DNA of 64,000 nt from Polymyxa betae A26-41 (lineage: Eukaryota > Protista > Endomyxa: Phytomyxea), in the NCBI GenBank assembly GCA_003693705.1, contig RBZT01000373.1, positions 62,001-126,000 of the forward strand, in the 5' to 3' direction. Of this stretch, positions 15,823 through 27,753 are shown one piece after another. Numbering within the stretch: position 1 is the first letter of the stretch; every line of letters starts with the position of its first letter. Below the pieces are notes generated by a model. That model searched no databases. It was not told the DNA's origin and was given only the letters and a program-made list of their open reading frames with translations. The position numbers and the translations under genes were made by a program.

Positions 15823-16473
15823 CTTGAATATAGAATGAAGGTAGAAGAGGCCTATAGGGCTGAGCCAGTCGCCTCTCTTTGCATAAGTCGGTAACGTATC
15901 ACGGTGATCGACGCTCGGAAACGACCACAAGAGCGTGACCCTGGGCCCGCCTCTCTGCTGACGTGGCGATGCCAATCAACCCGATTTTGTCCCAACTTGC
16001 TACCTATCATAATTCGGCTGCAATTTTCAAGGCTGAAGAGACAACATTGACTGACCCGTTTTGGTTCAAATAATACTAATTTCCATAAAGAAATTGTTTT
16101 TTTTTTTGAAGCAAGTTTGGTACTAACTGCAAATGCAAGCGGACGTTTCAATTTCAAGGAATATGCTAACCCAATAATGTGTCTTACATCCTTTGAAAAT
16201 CGCTTGCTTCAAGTTGCATACTAAAACTTTTGATAGCAATGAAGGTAAGGGAAGTCTTAGAAATCTTGATTGACACGTGTGTTGTTGAGTTTTTCAAAAA
16301 GCTCACAAAGGATGGTGTATTGCTACGGGCAAAAGATCTCTGAAGAGAACAACCTGCTACAGTATCTGGTACATGCTAAACGTAACCAGGAAGTACAGAT
16401 GAGCTTTGTTGACAAAATTCTGTTGCCATTTTATGAGCCCTTGGGTATTCAGAAATTAACATGTTTCGCCATC

Positions 16474-16525
16474 AAACAACAATTTATGCTTTAGACATTA
16501 AACAACAATTTATATTTGAGATAAT
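16474..16525. repeat. Imperfect 26-bp tandem duplication
   Basis: AAACAACAATTTATGCTTTAGACATT followed by AAACAACAATTTATATTTGAGATAAT. Confidence 0.7.
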
Positions 16526-17054
16526 TCGGCTATCATCTGGCTGCAACGGTAGCCACGAGGAACCTCACATTAGCTAATGAATGGCCTTGGCTTAAATTGG
16601 TTATTTCTAATTCGTTGATTTTTATCAACAGGCGGCGCTGAATCTCAAACGCTTCGCCGATACTCAGGCATAGCCTCAGCGATGCTCCTACTCTTCCAGT
16701 TTCTGAGCGATGATTATTTCACCCATAATGGATGGCCTTGCTTGTCGAGCACTATCTCCAGGTCTGCACGACGAGGATAGCGGATTCATTGACGGCAGAA
16801 TTTACCTATCTGGCTGTGTCCATTGATGATTGGCGATTGTGATCGAACTTGACCACTTACGATGTGAGATGAGCAATCTTCTCCAAGTTGTAGATGAAGC
16901 GGCTGCGCTTTCAAGAACATCTCAGATCACCACTTCACCCTGTAACATTTGACAACGCGGCGATGCCTCTTGAGGGGTCTCTGTGACTTCATCATTTATT
17001 CTGATGTCTTGTTCTATCGCAAGTAGGGTTCTGACGTCATGATCAGATTAACCC

Positions 17055-18936
17055 ATGGGTTGTGGTTCGTCCAAGATTTCCCATCAAGATCTGCCCCATG
17101 ATGAGGTGCAGCAGGAGCCAATTCAGATTTCGCCATCTATGGCTGCAAAGCCTAGCTTCATTGCTGGTGAAGCAACGACCATACAACCCATCAACGAAAC
17201 CCGTCAGCTGGTTGACGAAACCCAGGGTATAACGGACCCAACTGTTAACAAGCCCGAAACACTGGAAACAGCAACCAAAGACTTGAATGACTTGGGCAAT
17301 ATGATGGTTGTGAAGATTTCCGATTTGGATCATCCTTTGGCTATAGTCATAAAGCATCTCTCGGCCAAGATCCCACTTGTTATTCAAAACAATTCTTCTG
17401 TTTCTCAACAGTACATTGCAGAGGTTAATGAAATAGGCCATGACATGGCCCTGATTAAGTATTTATGTGCACGTTGGCACGTTTCGTTATTACATCAAGG
17501 AGTTATCAATGCTGTTGTCGATGAATGGATTTGCGATACGATATTTCATTTCTTACCTGGTCTCAAGGCCATCAATCTGAAATGGACGCCAGCTACACCA
17601 GGATCTCTGCAGTATTCACGATGGTAATGGGGGATCAGCTTTCATTGTAGTACATCAATAAGCGTATGAATGATAGGAGATTAGGCAGCGCTGTAACCTT
17701 TATAACTTCATATATTGACAAAATTGCAAATGTATTACAAGAATCGTCGCATCTTTGCAATAGTGAAATCTCTCTTGCTGATTTATTAGCTGCTGCATGT
17801 GTAAAGCCCATAATACAACAGCGGTACATTTTCAATCGTTTGGGGCTGGATCGCTTGGATAGTTGGCTCGACAGTGTCAACATACTGCCTGACAACGGAA
17901 TGTGAGGAGCAATCATCAAAAATATTTGGCATCTTTATGATTGTGCTTAGTTGCAGATATGCTCTAGTATTATCTGATTCAGACCAAAGCAAAAGACTTT
18001 TTGATTGGGCTACTTTAAACCGACCAAATGCTTTATTCCTGTTTAACGATGTTTTCTCTGACCTAAGCGATATTTCGTTGAAACAGCTGCCAGCATTATT
18101 ATCATGCTCGGTTCGTGGCTCATTTGATTTCAAAAAGTCGTTATTGAGCCAACTTTCTTGCATAGGATGAAGGCAGAATAGACTCGATTCAAGATCTGAC
18201 AGAAATCCACTCGACATTACAAAAAAGTTGTTTTGAAACAGAAAGAGTTGGGAAGCCAAACAATCAACCTGAGTCGGCAGAGAATCGGGTGATCCTTTAC
18301 GTCTGCCCTATATGTAATTCTTTAGACTGTATAAGCCCTGATCAAGTCGCTTTAGTACTGTTTGAACCATATTTGGACATTCGAATTGATGCCCACTCAA
18401 ATGCAAGCAAGCAATTGGTGTATTTTCAAGATCAGCTCGTCAGTTTATCAGAAACGTATGATTAAATCGGATATCGAAGTTTACGTCTAACTGTCCTCAG
18501 GCCAGCTATTTTGAGGTATTTAACTGGAAGCCGAAACGAACCTGCGAGTTTGACCGCAATTGAAATGGCAATAATTGACGAAAACTTGACTCTAATTTCT
18601 CAACGAATTGTTCCGGTTGTGAACGACTTTATCCATGGCTCAAAGTCAGTGCTGTAAGAGACAATGTTAATGGCTTTACGAATGTTTGGCAGGGCGAACC
18701 GTCTGTTAGAACTCTCCTTGGAGAGCACCTTAGCGACTCTGCAGCCTATTCATGGCGCCATTCATAGAGCTGATCGTAATTACTTGGCAGCTATCTCATT
18801 TTGTTTGCGACGAAGTCAGAACATCCAGCAGTTAAGCTCAAGAATGCAGAATCTAATAGATGAATGGTTGGAGCCTGTACGACAAACGACAGCATCAAAT
18901 TTGCTAGCTTTATTATTTTGGCGAAATCCTCTTTAA
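17055..18936 (+). CDS. Dually acylated (MGCGSS) protein with a degenerate GST-like domain, multi-exon
   Basis: MGCGSSK N-terminus; HDMALIKYLCARW...AVVDEWI and SHLCNSEISLADLLAA...RLDSWLDSV resemble GST motifs. The 3' exon structure is approximate. Confidence 0.55.
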
Positions 18937-18946
18937 AATAATCCAC

Positions 18947-20394
18947 TCACTTAAGACAAACAACAGAACACTTGCTGAAGATATTCCTCAGATCGGCAGG
19001 TTTCTTTCCAAGTTTCATTTGCTGAAGCAAATGGCCAGCATAAACGTAAATAGTGAAAGATATGGTGGACATGGGCAATGAGAATTTCATCGAATTTTTG
19101 AAATCCCTACACACATATGTCAGCATATAACAGCATTAGACCACCAAATTATCCCATACTCGTTCAACAAGCACATTAAAATAATAGTTTGTGTGCTGTT
19201 TTTAGCAGCATTATACGACCGGCTGAACATAGCGCTTGCATAAGTAGTAATACCCATAGCAGAAAACACAGACAGCGACCGAACTAACACCAACGCCACA
19301 GCTATGACGAAGAAGGCGTATGTACCGTCATCGTAAAATCTAACAGCGATGGGCCCCCATTTTTGGGCTTCTGAATTGGATAAAGCCACAATAAGAACGA
19401 TCGGGAAGACGACCATACTTTGAAAAAAATTGGCTTCGGCCATGACGTCGATCGTTTCATTAGTATGCTTGACGTTAACCATTAGCTTCTGCTGCAGAAC
19501 ACCTAATAAGGCGACCAAGAAGCAGCTGCATAAAGTAAGTGAGTAACCAAGCATAAATTTGGAGAAATCATCTTTGCTCGAGTCCGACTGCTCAAATAAG
19601 GCACAGCCTACTGTCGATATAAGCATCAAGCCAACGGCAAGCCAATGCTCGAGCAGAAACATCTTCTTGACCACAATCTTCGACAGAAACACACTGAAAA
19701 TGATACCGGATCCTTTCAGAACATTGTAAATGCTTCCACTAAGTTCCTTCAAACTGAGCGATTGCAAGACAAGGTGCACAGCATCGATAGCACCGAGAAT
19801 CAGATAAGCGCGGAATCGCGGTCCAAATGGTTGCGAGCTACTGCCAACGCCTTTTCGACGCTTCCACCAGAGCGTTCCCATCCAGATACAGAAATTCAAG
19901 ATGAAAGACAAACCTTGCAATAACATCACGAGAAATGTGAATTTGCAATCCTCATGCTGAATTTTTTTGATACAAAATGTAGAGCTGGTACTGAGGACGA
20001 GACTCATCGAACAAAAGAAAACCAAGATCATTAAGCGTTTCAACCGATCAGCTTTGGTCGTATTTGACTTCTCAGTATCGAGGCGCAGAAGCAGGGCGTT
20101 ACAGGCTTCATTGAATTCGAACAAGAGTCGATCCAGAGTGGTATCCTTCTCATCGAGATACAGATTCGTATCGCCAGCAGATCCGACAGTATACGTGTCG
20201 ATTATCGCCACAAGCTGAGCGACTTGTTTTCGGTTTTGATGGACAAAATGGGTGAGATTGGACCGCTTATAACAAGCGATATCAACATCCCTCATCCAAT
20301 CGATGCATTGACGAATTGACGAGATCAGACCTTGAACAATATCATCGTAAGACGATGACTTGAGGGTGGTGGCGTCGATATGAGGAATTGGCAT
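18947..20394 (-). CDS. DMT-superfamily transporter resembling plant purine permeases (PUP), with an N-terminal soluble helical extension
   Basis: About 10 TMs; ELSGSIYNVLKGSGIIFSVFLSKIVVKK; LGYSLTLCSCFLVALL; SAMGITTYASAMFS; one intron near the 3' end. Confidence 0.7.
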
Positions 20395-20793
20395 TCTGAA
20401 CCAGGGAAAAAATCTGATTTTCAGAATGCTGATTGAGGAAACTCCAATCAGACATTTTTAGACCTGCAGGAAGTCCGTCACGGATTTCATGTTCCAATCA
20501 TGTCATGGACGTTTTCTTCTTTTGGAGATTTTTTTCAGGGCTGACGGGCGATGGCCCATATAAAAGTTTCATACGTTCGAAGTGTTATTTAAGAGCATGG
20601 ATTTATGACGGTATCATTTGAGTGCCAATATAATCTCTCCTTTGAATGGGGTGATTCGACATCAAATTGGTTTGATTCTTGATGCCTTTTATGACATTAC
20701 ATGCTGGGCATTTGCGGAATTGACTAGGATTTTAGATCCACTTGAGAATAAATAAAAAGAAATTATTAGTGATGCCAAAAGACGATAGACCAA

Positions 20794-22412
20794 TCAAAAA
20801 CTGAGTCCCGAAAGCCGAGCCTTGAGAGACTCTTCATATACTTCACGAGGAGGTGCAGACGCCGTGACAGTGGTAAGTGCAGCTCTATCTTGAATCATTT
20901 TGGAACCCCATGATCGTTCAGCATGAGCACAGACATCGCGAATATCCCGGCCCGTTAAATTATCGGATTTCAAAGCTAAATGATAGCGATCATCATCAGT
21001 CAGATGTTTGGCATAACGAGCAAATATTTTCGCTCTTTGAGTGACATCTGGGTCGTCAAACCGAACGACGACGTCAAAACGACTGAGTAAAGCTGGGTCC
21101 AAGTCCTTTTTCCTGTTCGTAGCAGCAATGATAAGACTATTCCTTTTGGTAGACTCCAACCCGTCTATTCTCTGCAACAGAACAGACAGAATACGTCGGG
21201 AGGCTTCATGAATGTCCCTTTCTCGTGATGGAGCGACACTGTCTATCTCATCCATAAAGATAACAGTATCTCCAAGCTTATCGACAGCGTCGAATATCTT
21301 GGCTAATGTCTTTTCACTCTCGCCGTAATACATCGACATAATACTCTGTAGCGGGATAAATACCATTGGAAGTGAGCTCTGACTAGCAATTATCTTCGCA
21401 GCGCTTGTTTTACCGGTTCCTTTGCCACAGCAATTAAATAAGCATACAAACAATTCGCAAAGAAAGATTTCTACCTGGATTGCCTTCAAACAGAACCGCT
21501 TTCGGTTTGTTGCTTTCAGGACGAACTCTGGTCAGTTTCATAATTTCATCAAACATGTCAGAGTGCAGAGTCGAGTCAATAACGGTAGTCTTTATCTCCT
21601 GGGCTATACCCTCGCAGCCAGCTAAATCCGACCAATCCATCTTGGAGTTGGGCTGGTAGATGCGAACTCCTAACTGGTCGAGTTCGGAAGAAGTTTTCAT
21701 CAATGGAACATACGTCAACTCATAGGCCATGCAAATCGCATTAACTTCATCCAGCCGCCATTTCCCTTAATTCTTATTTAAAACTCACTGTTATGAGGAC
21801 AGCTATCGAAACATACCACGCTTTCTCAAATACAAACTTGGTGAAGACCCATGCCGAACTAAAATGATTTCTAAATTTCTTTCGGGGATGCTAAACATCA
21901 GCACAGGCCTAAAACACAGTCAATGCCTCTTGTAGAAACAAGTCGTGATTTCACACTTTCCAGACTTGGAATCCAAACGAGCAGATTCAGTGACTAACTG
22001 GCCGCCCAAGGCATCCAGCAGTGTCGTCAATATATCACTGCTATCAACAGCGCTCCCTGTATTCCACCATACATCAATGGTGTCATCTGGAAGCGACCTC
22101 CAAGATATCTTCGGCCACGAGCAGTTGTTGAATTTCTCACGAAGCTTGGCAACACGTTGGCTAAGCTCATTCATTGCCGAATCCCCGTCAATCAAACTAG
22201 CACGATTCAGTATGCGGGTAATATTTAGCATGATAGCCGTTCAACCTCATGGGAGCCATAGGCGCATGAGCGTAAGAGATTGGTGATAATGCAATGGCAG
22301 CTGGTGGGACGAAGGCCGCCAATTTTAGAGCAGCAGCCATTTTAGGTGCGGCGAAGCCGAAAGTTCGAGGCGAGGCGCGCCGAACCAACGCCCTCCAAAG
22401 GCGCCTAAACAT
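20794..22412 (-). CDS. Single-domain AAA+ ATPase with a predicted mitochondrial presequence
   Basis: Walker A GNPG|TGKT; Walker B IFMDEID; SRH AATNRKKDLDPALLSRFD; Arg-rich N-terminus MFRRLWRALVRR. Confidence 0.85.
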
Positions 22413-22983
22413 GAAGCAGATAAATGGGAGTTATGAATGTGAAAAGAAGGGAGGCCGCGCCATATGAACCATCAACAATCCATCTTCAAACATCTCTGTC
22501 AATGTTATTCGAGTGATCTTATTCATCCATAAAGCTTGCATTCAGTTGACGCAGAACCACTGCCGACATTGATAGATATGGTTGAGCAAGTTCCTGTGTC
22601 TCGACCTGCTTTGGATAGAGAAGTCCAGAAAGCTGCTTAGTGCTTACAATTGTCCATTCTTGAATGCGAGTCTACGATTTAGGTGTGTTTTTGAATGCTC
22701 GTTCTATAAACAAGGGTTACCGTTTAAAACCAGCTCGTCGTAATCGGCATGTCGGTATGAATTTGGCAGTGGTAGGGATGTTGAATACTCCAAGCAAACT
22801 TTCCAGAACAGACCATCTTGACTGCACTTCTGAATAAATGAAAGGAGGATGTCACCCCAAGCCCATCCTTACTGTCCGAAGCCTGGTTATTAGATGTCGC
22901 TAATGCTTCAGTGGTCAATTGAGCTTCCTTACATTTCATTCCCAGCTTGTTGGTATCTTTAATTATTATTCATTCCCAACTGT

Positions 22984-24786
22984 CTATATTTGATTAGTTG
23001 TGGTTTCAGTCATGCCGGTTGCTGTGTTGGTCAACTCCTTATGCTCTGGAATAACTCTGCCTCCGATGATGTTCGCGTACATGCCATGCACCTGCCTCGA
23101 ATGTCGGTATTCGGTCCACAATCTGCTGTTGTTTGCCGCTGCTAAATATCTGGAAAACGGCCCATGTCTCAGGTTTATAAGCACTTCCTTCGTCGCAGCT
23201 ACGAAGACGTCGGTTTTCAGTGACTTTAATTTTACCGTTGTTTGCATTTTCTCGTTGACAACTTCGATTTTCATATGGCGAATGCTGCCGTCTTGCCCAT
23301 AGGTCATCTCTCTGTATCGCTGCTTTAAATCGTCCGATAACTGTATCTCCATCTGTGCAAAGTTATTCCTTAATTCCATCTTACTCTTCTAACATACCGG
23401 AGCATTCTTCGCCAAGAACATCTGCCCCAATGCTTTAGTTTTTGCTTATTTTTTGACTGTAATATGCTTACATTATAGATTTCTTTCTCTTTGTCCGCAA
23501 TATTCTTCTTGTCCTTCAGTTGTTTAAACTCCATAGTTGCCTTCCAGAATAGCAAATTTTCTAACGTCAGTCATTCAGATGTTTGCCAAATGCAAAGCCC
23601 TGGACTTACCAACGCAGAATTCCTTTTCGAGATGTGCTCGAAACGATGCAAAGCCAGCTTTAGTTTTTAAAAAACCTTCAAAGTCCTGATAATCATCGAG
23701 ATAATCGAGCCTGTAGCGCGATGGCTCCTTCTGTTTTCGCAAAGCTTCTACGACAGGGTGCGCAACAAGAATGTAGAAGTTGATCGGTGAGAACAACGCA
23801 ATCAACGCCAGCGCTGCCGGGTCCCATTGACGAAAGTCTGACTTTGCTACTGACGCTTGAATAACTGCCAACGAAACGAACATTGCGACAGAATATCTTA
23901 AAACGCGGCGAATGTTTCGTTTGAGACCAAATTCATCCACGACGACATCCATTCGATACGACATTATCATGCAAGCCACAAGGCATAGGGTGCATTTAAC
24001 CGTATGGATTAGTGCAAGTGTATAGCAAATTGGAACCTCAAAGAATCGGCATGATACAGCGTCAACAAGAAGCGACTCATTTGTAGCGGCGATAGCGATG
24101 ACAATTGCAATACTTACAACGATAAGATTGGCGGCGATCACTATTGAGGCGAACCTCATGGTAAGCAAGAATTTGCACCAATTGATCCATTTAACCAGTT
24201 GTGCGACAGCTTGTTCTTTTTCAGTTTCGTTAAGTTGTGCAGCATCTCCAATCTCCCCGATCCCAATCCGTCGCTTGTTAATACTGAAGATGGAGAATGA
24301 TGAAAATATGATTATGACGAAACACGATTGTAAGATATCTTCAAGAAGCAACCTCACAATGCTTTCCGTGATCCCAATCCAGCTGCCATTTTGAGGAAGA
24401 ATATGCAGAAAGCATTCACAGGACATATCCAACGCCACAACGACTCCGATAATCATTAGAATATCGGGACGGCGATACCTTACTGGATTTAGACGTCGCG
24501 TTCGTTGCAGGCCGATTAGACTGGGTATTATGTAAGCTAACGTCCAGATCCATAATATTGTATAGACCGCTTGAAAACTGTCCATACACTCTTTTGAATA
24601 TGATGGAATATCAACCAAGATCGTGTTTTCATAGGGCACCGTACTGTACCCATAGGCTCTTGAAATAGGTATAAAAGCCGTTTCTGCATAATTTGCATGA
24701 TCAACGTATTAACCACCTTTCACGCTTGCAGTCCTATTAACTTGAAAGAAGCTCTTCCAGTACAGCAATTTTCCAGTTTTGGTCAT
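22984..24786 (-). CDS. 7TM-RGS protein (AtRGS1-like architecture)
   Basis: Seven hydrophobic segments with RYRRP and VVDEFGLK linkers, then the RGS box GFASFRAHLEKEFCV|ENLLFWKA...EIYN|MFLAKNAP|MEIQLS...PFSRYL. Includes a 24-nt microexon. The start is inferred through one 5' intron. Confidence 0.85.
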
Positions 24787-25250
24787 CCAATATATTCCTG
24801 AATGCTAATACTCTTCAAGTCTTACAATCCATACAGAAACGCTATGATTGCTTATCGGAAAACACCCGACCCGAATATGACGGCCGTTATGGGTGCTGTC
24901 GTGCAAGGCTCTAAGATTGACTTTGACATTTTTCTGAATTAAAAATATACCTTTGAAAAGAGACTTTCAGCAATCATCTGCAAGCGATCCATATTGTTCA
25001 ACACGGGAAACAAATCAGAAGCGCATAGAAAGAAGACATCAATTTGCCAAACCTACGAGTGTTAAACAGCCAGGAAATATTTCGCAGAATCCTTTTTCTC
25101 CTCTGAATCGGAGTCTCAAAAAAAATACTCAACAAGAATCTACTCATGAGGAGACATTGAATACAGAAAGGTAAAGAAGAGCTAGAACTTTAACATGATA
25201 GTGCAGTAATATGCTGTATCGATTAAGCTACAATAATGCTTTGCAAGCAT

Positions 25251-27224
25251 TTAATCGACTTCCTCGATCTTGGGTCCTGGGCCAGAAGACTTGGCTTCGG
25301 AAGAGGCCTGGCCAAAGTCGGGCATTCCGCTCATGTCGGGCATTCCACCGGCACCGGCACCAGCAGACTGGTAGACCTTGGCGAGGATCGGGTTGCACAG
25401 CGACTCGAGTTCCTTCTGCTTAGCCTCGTACTCCTCGGCCTCGCTGTCCTGGTGAGCCTCAAGCCACTTGAGGACGTCGGCAAGGGCAGAGTCGATCTTG
25501 GACTTGTCGTCGGACGGAATCTTGTCCTTCATCTTCTCATCGTCAATCGAATTCCTCATGGAATAGGCGTAGTTCTCCAAGCCGTTCTTGGCCTCGACCT
25601 TCTTGCGGATCTGAGCATCCTCCTGCTTGTACTTCTCGGCATCGCGGATCATGGCTTCGATATCCTCTTTGCTGAGACGCCCCTTGTCGTTGGTGATAGT
25701 GATCTTCTGCTTCTTGCCGGTAGATTTCTCTTCAGCGCTGACGTTCAAGATACCGTTAGCATCGACATCGAAGGTAACCTCAATCTGAGGAACACCACGA
25801 GGAGCAGGGGGAATACCAGACAATTCGAATTTGCCGAGGATGTTGTTGTCCTTGGTACGAGTTCGTTCACCTTCGTACACCTGGATCAAAACACCGGGCT
25901 GATTGTCGGCATAGGTGGAGAAGATCTGCTGACTCTTGCATGGAACAGTTTTGTTACGAGGAATGAGGACAGTCATAACACCGCCGGCAGTCTCGATACC
26001 CAGGGACAGAGGAGCGACATCCAACAACAGGATCTTTGAAGTTTCCTCGCTGGAATCACCGCTCAAGATAGCAGCCTGGACGGCCGCACCATAAGCAACG
26101 GCTTCATCAGGGTTGATGGACTTGCATGGCTCCTTGCCACCGAAGAACTGTTTGATAAGCTCCTGAACTTTGGGGATACGGGTCGAACCACCGACAAGAA
26201 CGATTTCGTCGATGTCAGATTTGCTCAGCTTGGCGTCACGGAGGACGTGCTCAACGGGTTCCAGGGTCTTACGGAAGTAATCACCACAGAGAGCTTCGAA
26301 ACGAGCACGAGTGATGGTCGCGCTGAAATCAATACCGTCGAGAAGAGAGTCGATTTCGACGGAAGCCTGAGTGGCCGACGACAGGTTACGCTTGGCACGT
26401 TCGCACTGGGTACGAAGACGACGAAGAGCACGGTGGTTGCCGGTGACATCCTTCTTGGTCTTGCGCTTGAATTCCTCAGCGAAGTGCTGGACGAGACGGT
26501 TGTCGAAGTCTTCACCACCCAAGTGAGTGTCACCAGCGGTAGCCTTGACTTCAAAGATACCGTCTTCAATGGTCAGAATAGACACATCGAAGGTACCACC
26601 ACCCAGATCGAAAATCAGGGCGTTCATCTCGGACAATGGCTTCCTGTCGAGACCATAGGCGATAGCGGCGGCAGTTGGCTCGTTGATGATACGAAGAACA
26701 TTGAGACCGGCGATCATACCAGCATCCTTGGTGGCCTGACGCTGTGAGTCGTTGAAGTAGGCCGGGACGGTGATAACGGCGTTGTTAACAGCCTCGCCCA
26801 GGTAAGCTTCAGCGGTCTCCTTCATCTTGGTGAGAACCATTGATGAGACTTCTTCAGGGTAGAAGGTCTGGTCTTCGCCCTTGTAGTTGACCTGGATGGC
26901 AGGGCGGTCGGATTCCTTCTTGACGACCTTGAAGGGCCACAGCTTCATGTCATCTTGAACGATGGCATCGGTGAATTTGCGACCAATCAAACGCTTGGCA
27001 TCGAAGATGGTGTTCTCAGGGTTACGAGCGGCCTGGTTCTTGGCAGCCTCACCAATGAGTCGTTCGGAATCAGTGAAGGCGACGTAGGAGGGGGTAGTTC
27101 GGTTTCCCTGGTCGTTGGCAATGATTTCGACGGCATTGATGCTGCTCTTCCAGCAACCGACGCATGAGTACGTGGTGCCGAGATCGATACCGACGGCGGG
27201 CCCAGTGACCTTCTTATCAGACAT
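25251..27224 (-). CDS. HSP70: Cytosolic heat-shock protein 70, intronless
   Basis: 657-aa ORF; [12 protein letters not shown]; [12 protein letters not shown]; ends GPKIEEVD; strong C/G-ending codon bias. Confidence 0.99.
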   Translation of the reverse strand: MSDKKVTGPAVGIDLGTTYSCVGCWKSSINAVEIIANDQGNRTTPSYVAFTDSERLIGEAAKNQAARNPENTIFDAKRLIGRKFTDAIVQDDMKLWPFKVVKKESDRPAIQVNYKGEDQTFYPEEVSSMVLTKMKETAEAYLGEAVNNAVITVPAYFNDSQRQATKDAGMIAGLNVLRIINEPTAAAIAYGLDRKPLSEMNALIFDLGGGTFDVSILTIEDGIFEVKATAGDTHLGGEDFDNRLVQHFAEEFKRKTKKDVTGNHRALRRLRTQCERAKRNLSSATQASVEIDSLLDGIDFSATITRARFEALCGDYFRKTLEPVEHVLRDAKLSKSDIDEIVLVGGSTRIPKVQELIKQFFGGKEPCKSINPDEAVAYGAAVQAAILSGDSSEETSKILLLDVAPLSLGIETAGGVMTVLIPRNKTVPCKSQQIFSTYADNQPGVLIQVYEGERTRTKDNNILGKFELSGIPPAPRGVPQIEVTFDVDANGILNVSAEEKSTGKKQKITITNDKGRLSKEDIEAMIRDAEKYKQEDAQIRKKVEAKNGLENYAYSMRNSIDDEKMKDKIPSDDKSKIDSALADVLKWLEAHQDSEAEEYEAKQKELESLCNPILAKVYQSAGAGAGGMPDMSGMPDFGQASSEAKSSGPGPKIEEVD

Positions 27225-27753
27225 GTTGCTGTGGAGATTGATTTCAAAATGACGGACTGCGGTTGCGCAGGATCAGGGGAGGCCTCACTGACTCGCTCAG
27301 CCTTGGAACGGAATGTGCGTTAGAATCTTCCAAGCCGCTCTTGTTAAGGCTGGGAAAGGCCGCAATCCAAGAACTGCGCAGTTCTCTATATACAGATGCG
27401 CGGCCTCCCTGTTCCGACCCGCTGTTGTGAGGAAGATTCGGGCCGCCTTCCTGGGCCTGGGCCGGGCGTCTCTCGTCTGCCACGACTGGTGTAATTTTGG
27501 GCAAAGCCTGCTCTCATGATTGTTTTCATTAACTTGATTCTTCAATTGATTGCATTCACTTTCATAATGGCAACGCTCGTGTGCACTAAGCAGGATTCAT
27601 ACGTCTTTTGATCATCTTTATTAAACGTCCATGATAAAAAACTGTTTCGATTCTTATAAACGTTTCCTGATCAAATCTCATTTTGTGGATCTGCTCGAGT
27701 ACAGTTTGATAAATGGGATCATTCGAGAATTTCTTTTTAACTCTCAGATATCT
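27225..27753. promoter_or_regulatory. Divergent promoter region between HSP70 and MscL
   Basis: TATATA at 27387-27392; two-unit heat-shock-element-like nGAAnnTTCn at 27322-27331 and 27431-27440; perfect 16-bp palindrome AGAACTGCGCAGTTCT at 27370-27385. Confidence 0.55.

Noticed and set aside
16230-17000. Possible decayed gene; similar stretches at 22460-22930, 52540-52810 and 60950-61450
   Set aside because: Only short broken frames with no consistent splice model or recognisable family. Unrecognised small spliced genes cannot be excluded.
25236-27167. Long plus-strand ORFs (267, 166 and 70 aa) opposite HSP70
   Set aside because: Antisense shadow ORFs produced by the strong codon bias of HSP70.
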